From Trichoplax sp. H2 (taxonomy: Eukaryota), in assembly GCA_003344405.1 (NCBI GenBank), contig NOWV01000171.1, positions 117,558-170,073 on the forward strand: 52,516 bases of DNA. Reading direction: 5' to 3'. The notes under the pieces are model-generated. The model searched no databases. It saw only the letters and a program-made list of their open reading frames with translations, and was not told the DNA's origin. This document shows positions 25,601-36,900 of the stretch, one piece after another (within the stretch, counting starts at the first letter, position 1; the number at the start of each line of letters is the position of its first letter). Position numbers and translations under genes: made by a program.

Positions 25601-28579
25601 TACAAACATGTGATCATTGTTATTTGAAAATGTGAGCTAATATCTTTTCCTAGTTGCCTATAATCGTCAAAATTGACTACTTCTTGCAGCAAATAGTAGA
25701 GTAGTGATACGGTACTTAAAAAAAATGTTACAGGAGCATCACTATCTTAGAGTTGTAAAATATTTCTTGCTCGGGATTTTACTTAATGCAAAATGGTTTT
25801 GACATTTAAAGTACTATTCACGCTATATTCAGGTCATGCTGGTAGTTGCTTTTAATATTAGTAATTTCGCTATTACCAATGTCGCCTTATAATCCACTTA
25901 AAATTGAATGCAATAATTCTTAAAATATTCAAGTGCAAACTTAATAGAATAACGCTATTATCCGCTTTTAGTAATCAATATTTATTTCAAACGTATTTTA
26001 TTCTTTCCATTAGTAACGACGCAGTTGACCTATCTATGAAGCAATCTGAAATTCATAAAGTAAAAGAATTACTGGTTTAAAGGTCTTTGACAGGAGTGTT
26101 TAAGGGCTATCTGCAACAGATTGAGCAACGATAAATTGGTTTTGATTCTGCTGATAGGATAATTATAAAGTGTGATATGATGGTCTTACGTTCGGGTTTT
26201 ATCTTATTAATATAGCTACTTTCAGATCGAATTATTAGCTGTACTGTAAAATTAATCTACATTTTCTCAAATTAACTTCAGCAGCTGCTATTTATTAAAT
26301 AAAAATACCAGGAAATTGCTAAATTTGAATTTATAAATATTTTAACATGTAACAAATTAAACGAATTGAAACATTGTTCTATTTGAATTTTTTTCGGCAC
26401 GATGTTAATTTTTAAACAGCTTTAATAAATATGATTCGTTAATCAATTGAGGCATTGTATAAAAATCTCTCAGGGATCACTGTTTCGTACCAGGTACCAT
26501 ATTGGTACGGTATCGGGATTTGATCAAAAAGGTAAATAACTCGGATTAAAATTAATATAATAGCCAATATCTAGTCCTTCCAAGATTATTGCAATTGCAT
26601 TGGTCTATTTATCTTAACTTACATAACATATTTAAAGTTTCCATTCTTTAATAACTTTCTATTTGATTATAATATACTTCTCAATCTCGCACTTATCTAG
26701 TCTTTCCGAATGTGACTTTATAATTACATCGTCTCAACTCCCATAGTATGTATGATAAAGTGTCTTCTCAAAAATACAACAAGAAATACAGTTTCTTGTA
26801 AACTTTACTTTATTACATAAGATTAGGTTCATTTGGCAACTATCAAGGACTATTTAACTGCAATCAGACTATCTCCACTATCTTGGATCGTAATCAAAGC
26901 TATATTTGGGGCAGCAGTATTATGTTAAAAAGCCTTTCATTTTTTTTACAGGCTTAAATTGTATTACCCTATGATGCTAATGTGTACAATTTTATAAGAT
27001 TTTCTAAATATACTAGGAAATTGACTGGATAGAACTTTATTTAATTATTATGAATAGTACTATCTGTTATTAGCTTGATAGGATTGGATTGATGTATTCG
27101 ATATTACCATCATCACTATATTTTCTATTCGAAACTATTTAGTCTGGCAGGTGTATTTTGCAATACTATAGTAATTATTGTTGATTACTCTGTGACGGCT
27201 CCAGCAATTTCGTTTGAAATTGAAAATTTAATTGTAGAATGGGTGTAGACGAGCTTATGTCAATAAATAAGAACAAAAAATTTCCTAAGCATTGATTGTA
27301 TATAGCACAGATATTTGCATGTCATCCGGATTATGGTTGTCAGCAGTTGAATAAACTTTTATCCAATCAGTCATTTAAAATTCTGAAAATCTAAGCTTGA
27401 TCTGAATTACAGCTTTTGATAAATAAAATGAGTTATTAGGTATTGCTGTCTGTTATGATTATGTTGAACTTTTCACCTGTTATTACAATGTCAACGAGAG
27501 CAAGATAGTAAACAATGTACTGTATATCTATTGCAGTAAATTTCGTATATTATTAAGAAGAAAGTCAATTTTTTTGCCAACCAGCTCAAACCAACTATTC
27601 TAAAATACTAAAAATAATAATAATTAATTAATTAATCAATGTTAATTATTCTTGCGCTTTACATCAAGTCTCAGATACACATGTAGCTACAATAATGTAA
27701 TTTAAATACTGTACGAAAATAGCTTTGCTATTTACTGAGGTGAATGAAATAGAATCGAATTGATGGCATTGGATAAAAAAATATTTATCTACTACAAATA
27801 ATAAAAATATATTGAATCTATGAATATAATTATTTAAAGAGATAGTCATTAGCTACCAACGATAAAGGTCGCACCAAGGTATGCCTCATTTACTGTTGTT
27901 TCATCAGAAGGTAATAAATTATTAAAGCGAATCGATTTTGACTGTTACTATCTTTGCTATGGAGAATTTCTTTACGTTCTAGTTGCAATGATATCCTTCT
28001 AGCTATCATCTCGACCTCCAATTTTGCACCACAATAGTTGCTGATCAATCTATAATGATAGTTACGAAATGATTCAATATTCGTACTGATCCGGAAAAGC
28101 GCTGTGATTTGTATTCTAGCACTAGTCATTTTGCTATCCAATGTATTGGCGTTATGAAAGCGATGATGATGGCGTCGTCGTATCGAATAGTCGCCGTAAG
28201 CTATTATTGCATTGATTCAATATAATATACTGTACTGCATACTGTATATCGATGAGAACAAACAAACAAATCAATCATTCACATTTACAGGTACACGAGC
28301 GAGCAAGAAACACTAATAAAATCTCTTTTTCCCTCGAACAAGCCCTAGCAGTGACTACCTCTGGGACATTTTATTCTATGGATTGCATTGGCTTCAATGT
28401 CGTTTCCTACGAATACATAATCAATATCGATCGGTTAACCGCTCAACGCTGGTTGCTTGCACAGCTGGCATCATTTTAACGCCTATGCCCAAACTGCCGT
28501 CTAACTATAACACTGGTACAGAAGATAGTTTTACTATCTATAATGAGTGCACTAATGGGCTACAACAGTTTTTGCAAGT

Positions 28580-29215
28580 CGATTATAACAAAGAGAAAAT
28601 GAGAGTAATAACCAGTGTTGAAAACACTGAATTAACTAGTGTTGACTGTAATATGAACAATCGTATACGTAAAGTATTTGCTAACCGTAAACGCCATTGC
28701 ATGTACAGAGCGGGTGGAAAGTTTAGGCCATGTCTAGTTAGCAAGCAATGCAAAATGAAAGTATTAACCAGTGTTAAAGCAATGGAATTAACTAGTGTTG
28801 ACCGTAGTATGAACGGTGGTATACGTAAAGTATTTGCTAACCGTAAACGCCATTGCATGTACAGAGCGGATGGAAAGTTTAGGCTATGTCTAGTTAGCAA
28901 GCAATGCAAAATGAAAGTATTAACCAGTGTTGAAAGCAATGGAATTAACTAGTGTTGACTGTAGTATGAACAATCGTATAAGTAAAGTATTTGCTAACCG
29001 TAAACGCCATTGCGTGTACAGAGCGGGTGGAAAGTTTAGGCCATGTCTAGTTAGCAAGCAATGCAAAATGAAAGTATTAACCAGTGTTGAAAGCAATGGA
29101 ATTAACTAGTGTTGACCGTAGTATGAACGGTGGTATACGTAAAGTATTTGCTAACCGTAAACGCCATTGCATGTACAGAGCGGGTGGAAAGTCTAGGCCA
29201 TATCTAGTTAGCAAC
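28580..29215. repeat. Satellite-like tandem array of a 156-157-bp unit, about 4 copies, with two alternating unit variants
   Basis: The marker aaccagtgttg recurs at 28610, 28766, 28922 and 29079, giving periods of 156, 156 and 157. Copies 1 and 3 share …ctgtaatatgaacaatcgtata…, while copies 2 and 4 share …ccgtagtatgaacggtggtata…, an A-B-A-B pattern. The edges are degenerate at ~28580 and ~29215. Confidence 0.9.
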
Positions 29216-30134
29216 CATTGCGTTAGCCTACCGTACACGTCTTGGATCATATCCTATTAAGGTAGTAATATGAATAATACTAATTTTAAAGTATGAGATT
29301 TTGTGCATTAAAAATAAAATTTCATATATGCTGTATAAGCAATTTTTTTTTCCAAGCCATATACAGCATGACTGCTTTGGGCAATTTGCCACTTCATCTT
29401 GACGTTCATATTAAGCAGTCCATGACTGTACCTCTCACTGACACTGTCATGGACTACAATACTGTACAATGTGTAGAATTTCTTTCTGGAGCAATGAGTG
29501 CATACTTTTATTCCGATTTTTGCATCAAAATTCTCAACATTTTCAACGTGTAGCAAGAGGAAGGTCTAAATGCTATCGATTCATAACAAAAATTCAATAG
29601 AATCTATCAATTTTGGTCAGTTTTATTTCATTTTTTATTTCATTTTGAAAAATGTGAATCGAATTTCTACTCGCTGTACACTACAGTGTACAGTACAAAA
29701 GCAGTGTCGTACTGTACAGTATAGCGGGTTCTCTACAATGTACAGTACAATATACGGTGCTACAGGACGCCTGGACAAAAGCAACCTCTGGACAAGCTGT
29801 TGGTGGGTGAATATCATGACAGGTGCATCGGGCCTTTTCGATACCTGGTGTTTTCATTCATTGCATCATTCATTGTTGATCAGGAAAGCAACAACGACTA
29901 AAAATATCACTTTCAATATTACTTGATCATGATTGATTCTAATAATAGAGATCATTTTATTCATATTTCTTCATGAGTACAGTACAGTATTTTAATGAAC
30001 TGCAATTGGCTTGCTTGTATGGGTAACAATGCATTTTAGCCTAAAATTGCAGATAATAATAGGGGATTATTTATAGTTCAAGTCGGGCTTCTATCGTTAA
30101 CCAACACCTTGAAAAGGGTAGAGCCATCGACGCG

Positions 30135-30173
30135 TATATATAAGCATTGGCAATCATCGTATAGTGTCATTGG
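30135..30173 (+). promoter_or_regulatory. Putative core promoter of gene B: TATA box plus two inverted CCAAT (ATTGG) boxes
   Basis: TATATATAAG at 30135-30144 lies ~85 bp upstream of the gene B ATG. ATTGG is at 30146-30150 and 30169-30173. Confidence 0.45.
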
Positions 30174-30225
30174 CCGCCCTAAAAACGTGAATATTGTCAT
30201 AGGCCGATAGTAGAATATTGAACAA

Positions 30226-30935
30226 ATGGACGCTGGAGATTCTGATATTGAAAGTCATGACAATGATCAATTACTAGGAGATGGGTATAGTAAATCCGAT
30301 GAGAAAAGAAGACTGTTTAAAACGGCCGATTCATCCGAACAATTCCATTCGGATAGCCGTTTCGCACGCAATAAACGTTGTTTTATCTTTGGTGCAATAT
30401 TAGCTGGTGTTGTCATCTTAGCCATTTTGATCGGGATCATTGCAAAATCTAAAGCACAAATCAACGGTTGTAATCAATTGAGTAGTTCAACCCACGGCAA
30501 TGATGATAGCTCTCAATTCAATAACATTAGCGTTGACGGGAAAAAATTCCCCTATACGGCATCTCGTCTACCATTGCATTTACAGCCTATTCAATATCAA
30601 CTTTTATTAGTACCAAATATCCAAGCCATGAATTATAGCGGCCAGGTATCGATTATTATCAGAGTTAAACATCCCGTCGACTACATCGTTCTACATCAAC
30701 GACAATTATACATAGGTACTATTCACCTTGTTCACACCAGAGATCCATCAAGAAAATTGAAGGTAGTCCAAGTATTAAAAAATACCTATAACGAGTATTT
30801 GTATATTAAAGTCAACGAAACCATGGCAAGGTACAAGTTCTACACTTTGAAAATTCTATTCAGCGGTCAGATAGCTACCAATAAATTGATTGGAGTCTAT
30901 AGAAGCATATATACTACAGCAAACGGTGATAAAAG
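30226..30935 (+). CDS. Gene B exon 1
   Basis: The ATG is preceded by a TATA box ~85 bp upstream. Donor is AAAAG|GTAAGA, phase 2 (710 nt = 236 codons + 2). Confidence 0.8.
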
Positions 30936-33900
30936 GTAAGACGACATCTCGGCCAGTATCCATGTACAGTAAATGTACTTTTACTAGAATAAAGTAGTAG
31001 CACAGTCTCACGATAATCCTGCCACAAGATATAACTAGATATAATCTTTCGCCTCTTTTCAGTAACGATGATAATAAAGTATCATCGTAGTCCAGCACAT
31101 TTTGTACTTGCCGTTGTCTTAATAGGCAAGTTAGTGCTTCAAAGAATGAAGTACACTGCCATTTCTCATTTCTTTTTCATCCATACTAGGAATTTTAAGA
31201 GTGGAAATTATCCCTTTTAGTCTCGTATCATTGTGTTTATGCAAAGCATAATGTACTTGAATGTGTTTTAAAGTCTTATGGACTAAATTTAATCTGACCT
31301 GCAATTCTACAACGTGTAGAGACTCTCCATCTTCGCTTTTAGTATAGTACTGTAACTTCTCATTGAACTGTTGTTGCAATCAACACGAGAAAATGTCGCA
31401 ATTCTTCGTGAATTCGACATTGAAACGACCTTTACATGCTAGTTTTATAAAAATTAGAAACTGTTATCGCTCTGAGATTGCGTTTTAATCCATAGGCGCT
31501 ATAGCCAAACCCAGATTAAAATCCAATCGTAGCTTTTATTTTCTCTCTACTTCTATTGTGCTGCATGTAGTACCCGGTATACATTTGCTATCCTCGGTTT
31601 TAATATAGTGCAGCTTCTAGTTCGACTGTTGTTGCAATCAATAAGTTGAGAGAATGTCGCAATTCTTCAATGGATGGTTACGTTGGAGCAACCCCTAGAT
31701 GCTAGTTTATAAAATTATAAAGTATTATCGCTCTGAGAAGGCGTTCAATCTATATGCGCTGTAGCCAAACCCATTAAAATCCAATCGTAGCTTTTATTTT
31801 CTTTCTATACTGTATCGCCATCGATGAATACATATAGTGGTAATTGTCAACAATAATACTTTAGCTGAATATTCTCTGCTTGAAACAATTAGTAAAGGTA
31901 TCGATATTGTCATTACCCTTTTAAGGAGATTTGAACTAGATTATTGATTTAAACTTTAAAACCCAATCATCCTTATTTCAGTCGTATTCAAGCCACTTCT
32001 TCATACTTGAAGATGGAATCTTAAAAAGCCTAAACTCGAGGTTCACCTTACTTCATCCCTTTCGTTTTTTTTGTAATGAGTGAACTGATGATGCTATTGA
32101 TGCATGCTAATATTACAGTAGAATATCTTCAAAGATATCAAAATTGGATGTATTGAAATTTAGAATTGTTATGAATTTGATCGTTAATAATGGCGTACTT
32201 GTATTATGTAATTATCTTCTGTTAAGAGCTAAGCGATGCTGTTGCTACTACACAGAAGATTGCTAATATTACTCCCTTTGATGTGAACTCAGAAGTATTT
32301 CAGTTATTTCGAAAATGAATCGGTTTACTGATTATGGTATTCATTTAAGGCGATAGTTGTACAGTCCTATGTCTTGAAAATTTACTAGTTCAGCCTGTTG
32401 GTACACTTTCGCTAAGTAGGAAACAATGCCATACCATGCTATACTCTACGTTTTTCCTAGTTTCATTTGCTTAGTAAAGCAATAAATGGGTTGGATATTA
32501 TTCATAAGGGGTTGAGAATGGTAAAGAATTTGTGTGTATCTTTAGTACATCGAAATTTAATATACTCGCAAGTTATTAATAGAACACGCCAATGCTTTGT
32601 TATAACGTATCTTATACTACTGTATACGCGGACGTTAGAGGGATATCATAATTTAAAGCAGACATAGTAAAAGGGAACTTGTGCTAACATTAAAGGATCC
32701 TTAAGTAAACTTTAGCCTTGTTACCATTAGACTTCCGCTTGGATATTAAATAATGCCTTTACGCAGTACTGCATCATCAACTGGGAGCGTCTCTGTTAGT
32801 ACGAACAGTACTAATAACAGCATGCAGAGCTATAATAACTGTAGAAGCTGGGGAATTTCTATCCTATTTGATTAATGTACTGTTTTATTCCGAAAGGAAA
32901 TCAGTTTCTATTTTAAAAAAAACAACATTGTTTTGCGATCTATTATCATTATCCACTCAAATTGTAATTTATAATACTAGATGTTGTACCATAGCTTCTG
33001 CTTACGGTATAATCGCGAACACTCTACCGTTTCATCTGGAATCCTATGGAATCGCTACAGTTACTTTTATATCGAGCATAGTTTTCAAAATTTAGTTTGT
33101 GTTGCAAATTGTATACTACTGATATAAAAGCATAAATTAGTTAAGCGTCTCAACCAATTTTCTTTCATTTTATCTTTTCTTCTGCTGTAGAGTAACGATA
33201 TCAACCGATTTTGAACCTGCCGATGCTAGATCAGCCTTTCCTTGTTTCGATGAACCAACTTTTAAATCTCATTTCAAAATAAGTATAATACGGCCTCTTG
33301 TTGATAAATGGGTAGCACTGTCAAATATGCCTATAGAATCAATTACCAATCTGCAGAATGGTTATGCTCAAATTAACTTTGCCAATTCAACTTACATGAG
33401 CACCTATCTAGTTGCTTTCATCCTATGCCAGTTTGATTCACTAACAACGAATACTTCCAATGGCATTATGGTAATAATAATCATTCTTCATGTACTGTAC
33501 GGTATTAATGTAATATTATTTAAAGTTGCCAGTGAAACTTAGTATATAAATTTTTCCTACTGTCAAAGTCGAGAATCAATAGTCAATACTATCTTCTATG
33601 CCAAGAAGTTAATATTGATTATTCAGATATCATTTAGTATTTTTTAGTTACGTCTTAGTGATAATTATAACGGCAGTCTTCGTTCTTAATAAAGATACGC
33701 ACATGGTCGGTACCTCGCCAAATAAGCAAAACGCAGTATGCCCTAAATGTAGCTAGAGAAGTTCTAATGTTTTATGAAGATTATTTTGGTATAGATTACC
33801 CATTACCGAAATTAGGTAAAAGAATCTCTTTTTGATAGTCTTTCCACTTGAATTTAATCTTTATTTAGCATATCACATCAAAGTTACACTACAACATCAT

Positions 33901-36900
33901 TCTCGAAGAAGACTTTAAATTTATCTTGTCTTATATAGATATAGTTGGGGTACCATTTTTTTCATCCTCAGCTATGGAAAATTGGGGTTTACTCTTCTTT
34001 AAAGAAACCTCTTTGTTATATGATAATACAACTGCCTCTACGTTAGACCGCCAGGCAATCTCAACGACAGTTTGTCATGAAATCGCTCATCAGGTAAGCA
34101 AATCGCATCTTAGCGCTATGTAGCAGAATACTAAGCAAAAAGGATCATGAAATAGATTGGGTACTAATCTCAATTTAATATTTTAATATTATAGTGGTTC
34201 GGCAATTTAGTTACGCTAACTTGGTGGAATAATTTATGGTTAAATGAAGGATTTGCTTCCTATATGGAAAATATTGGAGCTAGCTACACAAATCCCGAGT
34301 TTCAGATGGTTTGTTCCATTAGCTCTTCATGGATATTGATTCTGCACAGACTACGATACAGAACCAAATCAATATATAATTATAGCTTAGACTTTATTTA
34401 GTAGTCTCTATAGTTAATTTCACCTTCAAAAATCATCGAAATATTTATCAAAACTTCACGATTCCATAAATGGTTTGATATATAGTATTTAAATTACAGA
34501 TGCGTCAATTCCCAATGACATCTACAAGTCGCGCAATGAGAGTAGATGGCTACAAAAGTGCTAAACCAATTTCAGTTCAAGTTACTACTGTTCGCCAAAT
34601 TGGAACTATGTTTAATGCAATATCTTATGACAAGGTTTTTGATCTTAGTAAAAATAAGAATTTTTTTACTATTCATGTTATTCTATTTATTAACTTTATA
34701 AAGTTAAGGTCATCAGCTAATAGACTTAGTAACCAGTCCTTACGTATTTGTAGCTAAATTACGTTACAAATTGTAAGCTATCCCTAAATATTTAAATTAT
34801 ATCTCTTATACAATTGTTAGGGAGCCGCGCTATTGCATATGCTTCATACAGAATTGGGAGATTTAGCATTTCGTAAAGGGATACAGATATATCTTAACAA
34901 GCACAAATTTTCGAACGCTGACGATAGCGATTTATGGAAAGCGTTTAGAAAGGTATCTCTAATTATTAAAATTGTTACTTTCCAAAAGACGTTTTATTAT
35001 AAGTTTTAGTAAAAATTTGATACGGTAATGCTCTGATACATTTCCAATTTTGCAATACTATACTTCAATACACATCTTTTATAGCAGAAACGATGTTACG
35101 TAGGATAGAAATCAGTATATTGTAATCGGTTATGATGCTGACTCTATGTTAGTGCCGTAACTAATTCCTATGGAATTACTGGATAAGTTATTGAAATAGA
35201 TTTCTGTACAATGTTATACAAAAGTATAAAAAACAAGGATTTTGTACTTCTGCGAACTACAGTACTGTAAACATTCAATTTCGTGATAATAATCTCGTTG
35301 CAGATAGCGTTTTACATTTGCAGTAAAAACCGTCTCATCTTACTGCAATTTATAAATGATGATTGATATATGCGTATTGTATTAAACCTTTCATTCTAGC
35401 ATAGCTAGAAGGCAAAATTAGATGGAGTATATTATTGTAAGATTTTGATATATCTTTGCACCATTATACTGTATGTTAGTTTGTCAAATGTCAGTAGTAA
35501 AAATAGCGATGATGAAAGCTTAACTTTCCGCCTGTTATTATGTATAGATAACTTTATTAATTTTAGTAAGCCTGTGCTTAATGGTAACAGCAATGTGTAC
35601 ATGAGTTTTAAAAAAGCATATGAAAACTTAATCCTCAGTTATCGGTACCATGTTATGATCGGTTATGATCTATTTTTTTACGTACTTATGGCTTTTTGTC
35701 TAAAATACCTTATCTTAGTAAAGTATTATTGGATATGATTAAGTGGTGACAGTATAAAATGACACGACGTATAGTATAAGAATTGCTTATGACCCTAATC
35801 ACTAATTACGAATATCACTTGATTGACTCAATATTCCTTCATATAAATGTTGCGATCATGCCAACATTTTACTTGATGAAACTAATGATACCAATTCATA
35901 ATTTCTTTAAGTGACATAATATATCTTGACGTTAAAATTAAATTACTATATCAAGCCATATTCATAAAATATTAATACCTCTCTGATGGGATTGGAACAA
36001 TTTTATTTTAAGGCAGTGCATGGCCAATACGACGTTGAGGGATTGATGAATACTTGGACAAAGCAGTCCCATTTTCCAGTTATTACGATACAAAAATTAA
36101 CGCAAGGCAAGTTAGGCATCACGCAGCAATTGTATAAGATTAATCCAACTAGCGATCAAACCAAATCAAAGCCACCAGTCTACGGGTAAATAAGTTGAAA
36201 GTTATTACACTGATTATTCGACTTTGTAATGTGTGATTTCAAATCACTGCAATAACTAACTGTATATGCTACTATTTGTTCATGATATTTAGATATAAAT
36301 GGTATGTTCCTGTCTCAGTTAAAACGTCCAACGGAGAAACTTATAGACATTTACTAAAAATGGATAATGGTTAGCTCACCTTTATAGATCCGAAATACTA
36401 GATAGTGTATTTCTTGAGTCTATGATATAATGCATTCTTATTTATAGGCGGCGTTTTTAAAAGTGTGTTATGTAACACATCGAATATAACTTATAATTAC
36501 AAATAGCTTGTATTCATGTCGTACTTTAAGTGCGTAAAACATATTGTTCCGCTAGGTACAATACCCACCACCGCAGACTTTAGATGGATTAAGGGTAACT
36601 TGAATCAAAGTGGCTATTACAGAGTTAACTATGATGCTCAAAATTGGAGGGAATTGGAGAAACAGCTCAGCCAAAAACATACGGTTATTTAAATTAATAG
36701 CAGCTAATAATTTATGTATTAAATTTAACATACTAACAGCCTTGGCAATACTTGCACGTAAAGATCATATTCAACTTATATATGATTAGTTAAAATAATT
36801 CATTAATTTTTACTTGAATTAAATATTTATCATAGGAACTAAACGAGCTCGATCGGTTTGGATTATTAGATGACTCTCTTGCTTTATCAAAGTACTCAAA

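Noticed and set aside
26486-26516. A short GTACC/GGTAC inverted repeat (cgtaccaggtaccatattggtacggtatcg)
   Set aside because: It has only a 5-6-bp stem with mismatches, and such repeats are common by chance in 52 kb. It was not developed further.
28383-28952. A 189-aa plus-strand ORF and a 118-aa minus-strand ORF (28583-28939) with internally repeated peptide sequence
   Set aside because: Both lie entirely within the 156-bp tandem array. The open frames are a consequence of the repeat unit lacking stops in those frames. There is no start or splice context or domain similarity, so they are not protein-coding.
29293-29556. Mutually overlapping 86-aa (+) and 82-aa (−) ORFs
   Set aside because: Overlapping ORFs on opposite strands in an AT-rich spacer, with low-complexity translations and no recognisable motifs. 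These are most likely chance ORFs.
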